Below, one piece after another: positions 42,801 through 55,254 of a DNA stretch of 64,000 nt. Source of the DNA: Eledone cirrhosa. Lineage: Eukaryota. A program made the position numbers and the translations under genes. Under the pieces are notes generated by a model that saw only the letters and a program-made list of their open reading frames with translations, was not told the DNA's origin and did not search any database. The stretch's first letter is position 1, and the number at the start of each line of letters is the position of its first letter. Location: NCBI GenBank assembly GCA_964016885.1, contig OZ024740.1, forward strand, positions 10,540,001-10,604,000, written 5' to 3'.

Positions 42801-45800
42801 TCTCTCTTTCACTCACTGCTCCTGTCTCTCTCACTCTCCCCATCTCTCTCTTTCACTCACTGCCTCTGTCTCTCTCACTCTCCCCATCTCTCTCTTTCAC
42901 TCACTGCCTCTGTCTCTCTCACTCTCCCCATCTCTCTCTTTCACTCACTGCCTCTGTCTCTCTCACTTTCCCCATCTCTCTCTTTCACTCACTGCCCCTG
43001 TCTCTCTCACTCTCCCCATCTCTCTCTTTCACTCACTGCCCCTGTCTCTCTCACTCTCCCCATCTCTCTCTTTCACTCACTGCCCCTGTCTCTCCCATTC
43101 TCCCCATCTCTCTCTTTCACTCACTGCCCCTGTCTCTCTCTCTCACTCTCCCCATCTCTCTCTTTCACTCACTGCCCCTGTCTCTCTCACTCTCCCCATC
43201 TCTCTCTTTCACTCACTGCCCCCGTCTCTCTCACTCTCCCCATCTCTCTCTTTCACTCACTGCCTCTGTCTCTCTCACTCTCCCCATCTCTCTCTTTCAC
43301 TCACTGCCCCTGTCTCTCTCACTCTCCCCATCTCTCTCTTTCACTCATTGCCTCTGTCTCTCTCACTCTCCCCATCTCTCTCTTTCACTCACTGCCCCTG
43401 TCTCTCCCACTCTCCCCATCTCTCTCTTTCACTCACTGCCCCTGTCTCTCTCTCTCACTCTCCCCATCTCTCTCTTTCACTCACTGCCCCTGTCTCTCTC
43501 ACTCTCCCCATCTCTCTCTTTCACTCACTGCCCCTGTCTCTCTCACTCTCCCCATCTCTCTCTTTCACTCACTGCCTCTGTCTCTCTCACTCTCCCCATC
43601 TCTCTCTTTCACTCACTGCCCCTGTCTCTCTCTCTCACTCTCCCCATCTCTCTCTTTCACTCACTGCCCCTGTCTCTCTCACTCTCCCCATCTCTCTCTT
43701 TCACTCACTGCCCCTGTCTCTCTCTCTCACCCTCCCCATCTCTCTCTTTCACTCACTGCCCCTGTCTCTCTCTCTCACTCTCCCCATCTCTCTCTTTCAC
43801 TCACTGCCTCCGTCTCTCTCACTCTCCCCATCTCTCTCTTTCACTCACTGCCCCTGTCTCTCTCTCTCACTCTCCCCATCTCTCTCTTTCACTCACTGCC
43901 TCTGTCTCTCTCACTCTCCCCATCTCTCTCTTTCACTCACTGCCCCTGTCTCTCTCTCTCACTCTCCCCATCTCTCTCTTTCACTCACTGCCCCTGTCTC
44001 TCTCACTCACTCTCCCCATCTCTCTCTTTCACTCACTGCCCCTGTCTCTCTCTCTCACTCTCCCCATCTCTCTCTTTCACTCACTGCCCCTGTCTCTCTC
44101 ACTCTCCCCATCTCTCTCTTTCACTCACTGCCCCTGTCTCTCTCACTCTCCCCATCTCTCTCTTTCACTCACTGCCTCTGTCTCTCTCACTCTCCCCATC
44201 TCTCTCTTTCACTCACTGCTCCTGTCTCTCTCACTCTCCCCATCTCTCTCTTTCACTCACTGCCCCCTGTCTCTCCACTCTCCCCATCTCTCTCTTTCAC
44301 TCACTGCCCCTGTCTCTCTCACTCTCCCCATCTCTCTCTTTCACTCACTGCTCCTGTCTCTCTCACTCTCCCCATCTCTCTCTTTCACTCACTGCCTCTG
44401 TCTCTCTCACTCTCCCCATCTCTCTCTTTAACTCACTGCCTCTGTCTCTCTCACTCTCCCCATCTCTCTCTTTCACTCACTGCCTCTGTCTCTCTCACTT
44501 TCCCCATCTCTCTCTTTCACTCACTGCCCCTGTCTCTCTCACTCTCCCCATCTCTCTCTTTCACTCACTGCCCCTGTCTCTCTCACTCTCCCCATCTCTC
44601 TCTTTCACTCACTGCCCCTGTCTCTCCCATTCTCCCCATCTCTCTCTTTCACTCACTGCCCCTGTCTCTCTCTCTCACTCTCCCCATCTCTCTCTTTCAC
44701 TCACTGCCCCTGTCTCTCTCACTCTCCCCATCTCTCTCTTTCACTCACTGCCCCCGTCTCTCTCACTCTCCCCATCTCTCTCTTTCACTCACTGCCTCTG
44801 TCTCTCTCACTCTCCCCATCTCTCTCTTTCACTCACTGCCCCTGTCTCTCTCACTCTCCCCATCTCTCTCTTTCACTCATTGCCTCTGTCTCTCTCACTC
44901 TCCCCATCTCTCTCTTTCACTCACTGCCCCTGTCTCTCCCACTCTCCCCATCTCTCTCTTTCACTCACTGCCCCTGTCTCTCTCTCTCACTCTCCCCATC
45001 TCTCTCTTTCACTCACTGCCCCTGTCTCTCTCACTCTCCCCATCTCTCTCTTTCACTCACTGCCCCTGTCTCTCTCACTCTCCCCATCTCTCTCTTTCAC
45101 TCACTGCCTCTGTCTCTCTCACTCTCCCCATCTCTCTCTTTCACTCACTGCCCCTGTCTCTCTCTCTCACTCTCCCCATCTCTCTCTTTCACTCACTGCC
45201 CCTGTCTCTCTCACTCTCCCCATCTCTCTCTTTCACTCACTGCCCCTGTCTCTCTCTCTCACCCTCCCCATCTCTCTCTTTCACTCACTGCCCCTGTCTC
45301 TCTCTCTCACTCTCCCCATCTCTCTCTTTCACTCACTGCCTCCGTCTCTCTCACTCTCCCCATCTCTCTCTTTCACTCACTGCCCCTGTCTCTCTCTCTC
45401 ACTCTCCCCATCTCTCTCTTTCACTCACTGCCTCTGTCTCTCTCACTCTCCCCATCTCTCTCTTTCACTCACTGCCCCTGTCTCTCTCTCTCACTCTCCC
45501 CATCTCTCTCTTTCACTCACTGCCCCTGTCTCTCTCACTCACTCTCCCCATCTCTCTCTTTCACTCACTGCCCCTGTCTCTCTCTCTCACTCTCCCCCAT
45601 CTCTCTCTTTCACTCACTGCCCCTGTCTCTCTCACTCTCCCCATCTCTCTCTTTCACTCACTGCCCCTGTCTCTCTCACTCTCCCCATCTCTCTCTTTCA
45701 CTCACTGCCTCTGTCTCTCTCACTCTCCCCATCTCTCTCTTTCACTCACTGCCCCTGTCTCTCTCTCTCACTCTCTCCATCTCTCTCTTTCACTCACTGC

Positions 45801-47185
45801 CCCTGTCTCTCTCTCTCACTCTCCCCATCTCTCTCTTTCACTCACTGCCCCTGTCTCTCTCTCTCACTCTCCCCATCTCTCTCTTTCACTCACTGCCCCT
45901 GTCTCTCTCACTCTCCCCATCTCTCTCTTTCACTCACTGCCCCTGTCTCTCTCACTCTCCCCATCTCTCTCTTTCACTCACTGCCCCTGTCTCTCTCTCT
46001 CACTCTCCCCATCTCTCTCTTTCACTCACTGCCTCTGTCTCTCTCACTCTCCCCATCTCTCTCTTTCACTCACTGCCCCTGTCTCTCTCTCTCACTCTCC
46101 CCATCTCTCTCTTTCACTCACTGCCCCTGTCTCTCTCACTCTCCCCATCTCTCTCTTTCACTCACTGCCTCTGTCTCTCTCACTCTCCCCATCTCTCTCT
46201 TTCACTCACTGCCCCTGTCTCTCTCTCTCACTCTCCCCATCTCTCTCTTTCACTCACTGCCCCTGTCTCTCTCACTCTCTCCATTTCTCTCTTTCACTCA
46301 CTGCCCCTGTCTCTCTCACTCTCTCCATCTCTCTCTTTCACTCACTGCCCCTGTCTCTCTCACTCTCCCCATCTCTCTCTTTCACTCACTGCCTCTGTCT
46401 CTCTCTCTCACTCTCCCCATCTCTCTCTTTCACTCACTGCCCCTGTCTCTCTCTCTCTCACTCTCCCCATCTCTCTCTTTCACTCACTGCCCCTGTCTCT
46501 CTCACTCTCTCCATTTCTCTCTTTCACTCACTGCCCCTGTCTCTCTCACTCTCCCCATCTCTCTCTTTCACTCACTGCCCCTGTCTCACTCACTCTCCCC
46601 ATCTCTCTCTTTCACTCACTGCCCCTGTCTCTCTCTCTCACTCTCCCCATCTCTCTCTTTCACTCACTGCTCCTGTCTCTCTCACTCTCTCCATTTCTCT
46701 CTTTCACTCACTGCCCCTGTCTCTCTCACTCTCTCCATTTCTCTCTTTCACTCACTGCCCCTGTCTCTCTCACTCTGCCCATCTCTCTCTTTCACTCACT
46801 GCCCCTGTCTCTCTCACTCTCTCCATTTCTCTCTTTCACTCACTGCCCCTGTCTCTCTCACTCTCCCCATCTCTCTCTTTCACTCACTGCCTCTATCTCT
46901 CTCACTCTCCCCATCTCTCTCTTTCACTCACTGCCTCTGTCTCTCTCACTCTCCCCATCTCTCTCTTTCACTCACTGCCTCTGTCTCTCTCACTCTCCCC
47001 ATCTCTCTCTTTCACTCACTGCCCCTGTCTCTCTCACTCTCCCCATCTCTCTCTTTCACTCACTGCCCCTGTCTCTCTCACTCTCCCCATCTCTCTCTTT
47101 CACTCACTGCCCCTGTCTCTCTCACTCTCCCCATCTCTCTCTTTCACTCACTGCCCCTGTCTCTCTCACTCTCCCCATCTCTCAC
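39880..47185. repeat. Tandem array C: ~44-48 bp pyrimidine-rich satellite TCTCACTCTCCCCATCTCTCTCTTTCACTCACTGCC[C/T]CTGTCTC
   Basis: Visible periodicity over ~7.3 kb with (TC)n length variation. Confidence 0.97.
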
Positions 47186-47336
47186 TATTATAAGCAAATG
47201 GGGGTCCATGCACTGGCCACCCTGCATCCCCAGTGGACGGAATAGGGAAACTGTTTCCCCAGATGATAGTGACAGAGATGTATTGGAAGAGCCATTCCAG
47301 CTTGTGAGGCTCACACTTTTGGGTAGCCAATTCTGT

Positions 47337-50270
47337 GCTGATGGTGGTAAGTAGGGAAGTGGTCCTAGGGCCAAGGACACCAGAAGCCGATGGTGGTGAG
47401 TAGGGAAGTGGTCCTATGGCCAAGGACACCAGAAGCCGATGGTGGTGAGTTTGGAAGTGGTCCTAGGACCAAGGACACCAGAAGCCGATGGTGGTAAGTA
47501 GGGAAGTGGTCCTAGGGCCAAGGACACCAGAAGCCGATGGAGGTAAGTAGGGAAGTGGTCCTAGGACCAAGGACACCAGAAGCCGATGGTGGTGAGTAGG
47601 GAAGTGGTCCTAGGGCCAAGGACACCAGAAGCCGATGGTTGTTAATAGGGAAGTGGTCCTAGGGCCAAGGACACCAGAAGCCGATGGTGGTAAGTCGGGA
47701 AGTGGTCCTATGGCCAAGGACACCAGAAGCCGATGGTGGTGAGTAGGGAAGTGGCCCTCGGGCCAAGGACACCAGAAGCCGATGGTGGTAAGTCGGGAAG
47801 TGGTCCTAGGGCCAAGGACACCAGAAGCCGATGGTTGTTAATAGGGAAGTGGTCCTATGGCCAAGGGCACCAGAAGCCGATGGTGGTAAGTCGGGAAGTG
47901 GTCCTCGGGCCAAGGTCACCAGAAGCCGATGGTGGTGAGTAGGGAAGTGGCCCTCGGGCCAAGGACACCAGAAGCCGATGGTGGTAAGTCGGGAAGTGGT
48001 CCTAGGGCCAAGGACACCAGAAGCCGATGGTGGTGAGTAGGAAAGTGGTCCTCGGGCCAAGGACACCAGAAGCCGATGGTTGTTAATAGGGAAGTGGTCC
48101 TAGGGCCAAGGGCACCAGAAGCCGATGGTGGTAAGTCGGGAAGTGGTCCTCGGGCCAAGGTCACCAGAAGCCGATGGTGGTGAGTAGGGAAGTGGCCCTC
48201 GGGCCAAGGACACCAGAAGCCGATGGTGGTAAGTCGGGAAGTGGTCCTAGGGCCAAGGACACCAGAAGCCGATGGTGGTGAGTAGGAAAGTGGTCCTCGG
48301 GCCAAGGACACCAGAAGCCGATGGTTGTTAATAGGGAAGTGGTCCTAGGGCCAAGGATACCAGAAGCCGATGGTGGTGAGTATCGAAGTGGTCCTAGGAC
48401 CAAGGACACCAGAAGCCGATGGTGGTGAGTATGGAAGTAGTCCTAGGGCCAAGGACACCAGAAGCCGATGGTGGTGAGTAGGGAAGTGGTCCTATGGCCA
48501 AGGGCACCAGAAGCCGATGGTGGTAAGTAGGGAAGTGGTCCTAGGGCCAAGGACACCAGAAGCCGATGGTGGTGAGTAGGGAAGTGGTCCTAGGGCCAAG
48601 GACACCAGAAGCCGATGGTGGTAAGTCGGGAAGTGGTCCTAGGGCCAAGGACACCAGAAGCCGATGGTGGTGAGTAGGAAAGTGGTCCTCGGGCACAGGA
48701 CACCAGAAGCCGATGGTTGTTAATAGGGAAGTGGTCCTAGGGCCAAGGATACCAGAAGCCGATGGTGGTGAGTATCGAAGTGGTCCTAGGACCAAGGACA
48801 CCAGAAGCCGATGGTGGTGAGTATGGAAGTAGTCCTAGAGCCAAGGACACCAGAAGCCGATGGTGGTGAGTAGGGAAGTGGTCCTATGGCCAAGGACACC
48901 AGAAGCCGATGGTGGTAAGTAGGGAAGTGGTCCTAGGGCCAAGGACACCAGAAGCCGATGGTGGTGAGTAGGGAAGTGGTCCTAGGGCCAAGGACACCAG
49001 AAGCCGATGGTGGTAAGTCGGGAAGTGGTCCTAGGGCCAAGGACACCAGAAGCCGATGGTGGTGAGTAGGAAAGTGGTCCTCGGGCCAAGGACACCAGAA
49101 GCCGATGGTTGTTAATAGGGAAGTGGTCCTAGGGCCAAGGATACCAGAAGCCGATGGTGGTGAGTATCGAAGTGGTCCTAGGACCAAGGACACCAGAAGC
49201 CGATGGTGGTAAGTAGGGAAGTGGTCCTAGGACCAAGGGCACCAGAAGCCGATGGTGGTGAGTAGGGAAGTGGTCCTAGGACCAAGGACACCAGAAGCCG
49301 ATGGTGGTGAGTAGGGAAGTGGTCCTCGGGCAAAGGACACCAGAAGCCGATGGTTGTTAATAGCGAAGTGGTCCTAGGGTCAAGGACACCAGAAGCCGAT
49401 GGTGGTGAGTATGGAAGTGGTCCTAGGGCAAAGGTCACCAGAAGCCGATGGTGGTGAGTATGGAAGTGGTCCTAGGGCCAAGGGCACCAGAAGCCGATGG
49501 TGGTGAGTAGGGAAGTGGTCCTAGGACCAAGGACACCAGAAGCCGATGTTGGTGAATGGGGAAGTGGTCCTCTGGCTAAGGACACCAGAAGCCGATGGTG
49601 GTAAGTAGGGAAGTGGTCCTCTGGCTAAGGACACCAGAAGCCGATGGTGGTAAGTAGGGAAGTGGTCCTAGGGCCAAGGACACCAGAAGCCGATGGTGGG
49701 GAGTATGGAAGTGGTCCTAGGGCCAAGGACACCAGAAGCCGATGTTGGTGAGTAGGGAAGTGGTCCTAGGGCCAAGGACACCAGAAGCCGATGGTGGTGA
49801 GTAGGGATGTGGTCCTAGGGCCAAGGACACCAGAAGCCGATGGTGGTGAGTAGGGAAGTGGTCCTAGGGCCAAGGACACCAGAAGCCGATGGTGGTGAGT
49901 AGGGAAGTGGTCCTATGGCCAAGGACACCAGAAGCCGATGGTGGTGAGTAGGGAAGTGGTCCTATGGCCAAGGACACCAGAAGCCGATGGTGGTGCGTAG
50001 GGAAGTGGTCCTATGGCCAAGGACACCAGAAGCCGATGGTGGGGAGTATGGAAGTGGTCCTAGGGCCAAGGACACCAGAAGCCGATGGTGGTGAGTAGGG
50101 AAGTGGTCCTATGGCCAAGGACACCAGAAGCCGATGGTGGTGAGTAGGGAAGTGGTCCTAGGGCCAAGGACACCAGAAGCCGATGGTGGTAAGTAGGGAA
50201 GTGGTCCTAGGGCCAAGGTCACCAGAAGCCGATGGTGGTAAGTAGGGAAGTGGTCCTAGGGCCAAGGACA
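47337..50270. repeat. Tandem array D: 49-bp satellite AGAAGCCGATGGTGGT[G/A]AGTAGGGAAGTGGTCCTAGGGCCAAGGACACC, ~60 copies
   Basis: Exact 49-bp periodicity. Confidence 0.97.
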
Positions 50271-50439
50271 CTGCTACAGGTTCTACCACAAACCTGTCAG
50301 AGAGCAACTGATCTGTATAATAAGAAAATGAGGGCCCATGTGCTGGGTTCCCTATGGCCCTGGCAGACAGAATAGAGAATGTGTTTCCCTGGAGGATGTA
50401 GGAGCCATTCCAGCTGGCTTATAAAGTGCACAGTGCCTA

Positions 50440-50855
50440 ATTGGCAGAGTGGTTAGGGCATCAGATTAAAAATGCCACAGTATTTGTTCTGGGTCACTGT
50501 GCGCTGAGTTCAACTTTGCCTTTCACTCTTTTGAGGTCAATAAATAAAATACCAGTCCAGTACTGGGGTCAATTCTCTCTCTCTTTTCTCTCTTTCTCAC
50601 CCACTCACTCTCATTCTCCTCTCTCTCCCTAACTCTAGCTTCCTCTCTCTCTCTTTCCATCTCACTCCCCCTTCCCTTCTTTCTCTCCCTCTCTCTCTCT
50701 TCTAGCAATTATCTCAGTGCATTACTGGTATCTTATTTTATTGACCCCAAAAGGATGAAAGACAAAGTTAAACTCAGCGGGATTTGAACTCAAACCGCAA
50801 AGGGCCGTAACTCTATGCTGCAATGCATGGCCTCCGATTCTCTATCAAGACTGCC
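50440..50855. mobile_element. Two family 1 SINEs tail to tail (50440-50570 +, 50703-50855 -) around a CT-rich tract
   Basis: A/B-box remnants and central domain on opposite strands. Confidence 0.7.
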
Positions 50856-50859
50856 AGGT

Positions 50860-51150
50860 GCTCTACAACTCATGAAAGATGCATATATATATATAGTACA
50901 TAGAATAATGTAGAAAAGTCAGCAAAGTGAACAATGTCTGAGTCATGATATACACACATGTTTGGAGAGGGAATATCAGGTGTAGTGTTGGCGAATTTCA
51001 GCAAGCATGGTAGTTTTAAAGAATGCAGTGTCCTAACAACTAACAACTGATGTAGGTAGTTTGTTCCTGCTTCAGCAACTCTGAGCAGGAAAAAAGTTTT
51101 CCGAAAGTCATGGAAGCTGTACTGTTTTCTGATTCTGTAAGCATGTCCAT
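50860..51150 (-). mobile_element. CR1-clade LINE 3' fragment
   Basis: Collinear with 58940-59220. Confidence 0.75.
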
Positions 51151-51302
51151 TATATTCATTCTCACAGCCAAAAAATAATTTACAGTAAAATATCGACTAA
51201 TTTATTAATTTATTCGACTTAGTCTCCATCGAGCAATTCATTAGTCCAAAACGTTAGTTAAAATGACACAAGATTTCCCGAGTTATTTCCCTTGCATTAT
51301 TT

Positions 51303-51493
51303 AGCGGTTGATTGGCAGTATTGGTTGAGGGTCGGACGCCATGCTTTGCAGCATAGAGTTACGGCCCTTTACGGTCTAAGTTCAAATCCCGCTGAGGTTA
51401 ACTTTGCCTTTCATCTTTACGGCGTCGATAAAATAAAGTACCAGTAATACACTGGCGCAATTACTGGCCTTGTGCGAAAAGTAGAAACAATTA
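51303..51493 (+). mobile_element. Full-length SINE family 1
   Basis: Head TTGGCAGTATTGGTTGAGGGTCGGACGCC, B-box GTTCAAATCCC, central domain, tail TGTGCGAAAAGTAGAAACAATTAT. Confidence 0.85.
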
Positions 51494-51849
51494 TGTAGCA
51501 GTTGTTTCCCTTCCGCCAGTCGGTAGTTTTGTTTAAATATAATGGGGAATATTATTGCCGTAACACCGGTAAAGCCGACTTAACAACATTCAATGCCATT
51601 CAAACATTTGAGCTAACTGAAGTGATTTCCAGGTTCACATATTTTCCTTTGATATACTACTGAAAAATAGAAGCAGAATGAAAACATTGCTATTTTTATT
51701 TTCTATTACTTGTACGTCTTTAAAGCACGTGTTATATCCCTCATCATTTTAGAAGCCTTCACTTCCATAAGTCACATTTTCTTTATTCTTTCTTCATTTG
51801 AAAAAAAATTTTTTTGTTTGTGTTGTGTTTATGTTTTTACACACTCAGC

Positions 51850-52110
51850 TAGAACGTCGGATAGAATGATATATGGTATTCGTTCAGGCTGTCTACTCTC
51901 GGAGTTCAAATCCCACAGAGATCAACTTTGCCTTTCATCCTTTCGAGGTCGATAAAAAAAACGTTCCAGTCTGCTATATCTCTTTCTTATTTCCTCTCTC
52001 TCTCACACTTTCTATCTTTCTCTTGAAGAAATCTGGTTTACTCAGGCCTGGAGAGGGACGGGGTCCGCCAATACGGCGCCCCTACGACTCTATCAGGAGT
52101 TATGGGAGGG
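51850..52110 (+). mobile_element. SINE family 1 variant with extended 3' module
   Basis: Same head/centre followed by a CT-rich linker and GAAGAAATCTG..AGGCCTGGAG..CCCTACGACTCTATCAGGAGT module, as at 59851-60175 and 61800-62110. Confidence 0.7.
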
Positions 52111-52792
52111 GGAGGCACTCAATCACGAATAAACGTAGAAGTCTTTAAACTATCGCTCGACTAACTAGGAATAACAGAAATCGGCACTTTTACTTTTCCA
52201 GGGATATCATTGCCTGTTGATCTCCTTCGGAGAAAATGGTAATATCTCGTCCGATTCGCTTTATACACATGTTAGGATGACGATTAATGTTCCGTGTGTG
52301 TGAGAGAGAGAGAGACAATGCGAAGTGATTCCGCCAAATCGGACGAGATAATTTCAACTTAATCTATTATCACTCATACCCGGAAACTGAAGAAAACCTT
52401 GGTAACGAAAAAGTGCGACCAAATCTCCCTCAAATTATTGTACGCATTGGATAGTGTAGTCCAAGATAGATTGTGCCCGAATAAAATGGCTGGTTTGAAC
52501 CAAACAACAACGAAGACACAAAAGTAACGAGTATCTACATCATTTATACTGTGTCTGGTCAACCTGAGTGTCTGTAAGAGGTTGATAAAATATAATATCA
52601 GTAAAATACTTAGGTCAATATGATCGACTTCCCCTTCCCTTTAAATTGCTAACCTTGTGCCAATCTTAAAACTAATTATCATTCTTGCTGGCACTCTGAT
52701 TCTCATCACAGTATTCCATATAATTAACCCAGTCAAATTTCTTTTGTTCTGATTTGCAGGAAAATATTTAAACAGCAGAACTTCTCAACAAG

Positions 52793-52990
52793 ATGTCCTA
52801 CCACTTGTCACTTCATCTTGTCCGTTGTTGTCGTCTTGCTGCAGAGAAAAATACGAATTGTTTCCATTTAAAGCAAAGAAATTTGCTGCTTACCCAAGTA
52901 AAAACTGTGATATTTTCTTCAAACTTTTCTACCAAGCCTTCCTGACTACAACTATAACCTTCCAGGAGCAGGAAAACGCAGCAAAAAACG
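52793..52990 (+). CDS. MRM1: MRM1-like coding exon A (transit peptide-like; internal frameshift)
   Basis: Acceptor TTTGCAG|52760, ATG at 52793 (MSYHLSLHLVRCCRLAA..) stops at TGA 52943; the +1 frame (LPDYNYNLPGAGKRSKK) ends CG|GTAATA in phase 2, matching exon B. Confidence 0.55.
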
Positions 52991-53036
52991 GTAATATGCC
53001 TCGTTTTGTATAATTTCTTTTGTCTTTATATATATA

Positions 53037-53626
53037 CTAGCGTTAAAGCCCGGCGTTGCTCGGGGTCAGTAAATTACCAAAGTTAGGTTGCACCACCCAT
53101 TTTATGGCAGCACTTTTTTGTCTGCCATGCACTGGGTGAATGAATTGCAGACCTGGACTGCCGAAGCAGGAGCTGCACCAGCAGTGACAATTGTAGTTTC
53201 GCCTATGGATATTATCTCTGTGCAAAGAAGTGTTGAAATTTTTTGTTTCACAGTACTTGCGCAACACGCGCGTAGACGATGCCAGCCGAACAACAGAGCT
53301 GCGATGGAGTTGTTCTGCATGGTTGTCTAATGTGTGTTTTCTAAATTTAAAACAGTAGGGAGGGGTGAGATATGGGGGAGAGTTAGCTGCTGTTTCTAGC
53401 AGGTTTAGTGAACCCATAGAGTATATTATTGTGTATAGTAAATAAATTGATACTTCTTTCTTCCACGTTCGTTGAGAGATGTTTTTAAAAAGATTTATCG
53501 GTGTTTTTTTGTTGTTGAATAAATTTATCTGTTGCTTTTGAATAATTGTTGTTTCGTATGAAATGTAATAATCTTTGTTGTCATTGAAGTAAATAAATGT
53601 TTGACCGTTCCACACTCAAAAACAAA

Positions 53627-53722
<96 letters not shown>

Positions 53723-54063
53723 TTGGCGTTCCTAAAGGAAGTTTGTAAGTTTAAGCGTATATAAGAGAAAGTTGCACCATGTATGTAGTTTTATCGAATT
53801 TTAAGGGGAATAGAGAGAGGAGATCAGATTGTATTAGAGGGGATCAGATTGTATTAGAGGGGTAAAGCATCATGTATTTAGTTTTATCGATTATTTCCTT
53901 AATTGTGGGTGAGTTTGAAATAAATAAATAGTCGTTGACCTAAGTTAGACCATTTACAACATTCTTACAGACTTTCAGTCGAATCGGTTTGAAATTGTGC
54001 AAATGTATAAACATGGAACATGTGCACACACACACACAACAACAACAATCTGCTTTTTATAGA
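53037..54063 (-). mobile_element. Non-autonomous Helitron (~1.03 kb) with internal (CT)n
   Basis: Minus strand starts A|TC(TATAAAAAGC), ends with hairpin CCCGAGCAACGCCGGG about 9 nt before CTAG|T; no target duplication; microsatellite near the 5' end. Confidence 0.75.
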
Positions 54064-54075
54064 TAATGATGATAT

Positions 54076-54354
54076 ATATTGTTATACTTTAGGAGGGTCA
54101 TGCTGGCAATAAAAACACACACACTTGTTGGTTTCACTTCAATTTATTATAAATTTCTGTTTGGTTGGTTGGTTCAATAATCGGATGGTTGTTTATATAT
54201 TGTCAAAGCTCTTTCATCACACATTCTGTGACCTCCTCAATGACTGATTTCTTATTCTGTGTCCCTCCATTGTTCTGTCCTACACCATCTTGTTTTTGTT
54301 TTTATTGGCAGCATGACCACCCCCCACCCCCCACCCCCCCAAGCATAACAATAT
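54076..54354. mobile_element. Small MITE-like element with ~40-bp imperfect terminal inverted repeats
   Basis: ATATTGTTATACTT..GGTCATGCTGGCAATAAAAACA (54077-54117) versus TGTTTTTATTGGCAGCATGACC..AAGCATAACAATAT (54297-54354). Confidence 0.55.
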
Positions 54355-54505
54355 CAGTTTTAACACACATTTTCAGATAAGAAATCTTGCAAAACAAATT
54401 CAAAATCAGAGATGTCAACACGAATGGACCTGTTATTTTTATCTAAAGACATTTTTTCCAATTCCATCCCGCCTGTCCCCTCAATCTATTTTATTTCTTG
54501 TTCTT

Positions 54506-54541
54506 TCTTCTGATGAAGGACTAGCGTCCGAAACGTTAAGA
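54506..54541 (+). ncRNA. Minimal type I hammerhead ribozyme motif in a probable Penelope-like 3' fragment (~54400-54630)
   Basis: CTGATGA-A-GGAC-TAGC-GTCC-GAAAC-GTT with palindromic AACGTT stem III and a 4-bp stem I (TCTT/AAGA); the fragment ends in (TA)n. Confidence 0.7.
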
Positions 54542-55254
54542 CCCTCTTCCTGCTATATCAAGTGTTAACCTAATATATACCTTCCATATACTGTACTGAT
54601 TGTGTTGTTATTTCTGTTTACCTTTTACGTATATATATATATATATATATATATAGCTCTGTATTATATATAGAACACTCTTCTATCCTTTACCTTTTCC
54701 ACAGAAATATTTAACACACATATGTATATATATATATATGTGTGTGTGTGTATATATATATATCAATGTATGTATAGTATATTTGGCAATATACCGTATG
54801 TTTAATTACAAACATTTAGAAGACCATACACTATCGGTTTTAAAGTAGTGACTATGTCACTTCTTTTCGGTGAAAGAAGGGAGAGGAGCTGGCAGTCTGT
54901 TTCACACTGGTTGGCAATTATCAGCACCCCTGCTTCTGCTGAAAATTATAGAAGCTGGATTCTTATAGAATTCCAGTAATAATCGGGAGCTGATTATACA
55001 GAGCAATTGCCGGTCCAGCAAAAATTAGGTATTAGGATTCGTGCTCTGAAATAGCAATAAGGTTTCGTACATTTAACATATATGTGTGACCATTGGTTTC
55101 GGGGTCCAGTTATGGCCACCACTGTATATTGGAGGAGGCACCTTTAAACTGGTATATTCAGGCATGTAGACAGGCAGTTTATACTAAGCTCTCTTGCAAC
55201 AGATTGAGCACTGTTTTCTTTGATCTTTCATCTACGAATTTCTATATATGTATA

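Noticed and set aside
39876-47354. Ser/Leu/His-rich ORFs above 1400 aa in all three + frames
   Set aside because: The CT-rich strand almost cannot encode stops; artefact.
52760-53013. Alternative fully open frame of exon A (ORF 52825-53013)
   Set aside because: It exits in phase 1, incompatible with exon B, and has no recognisable similarity.
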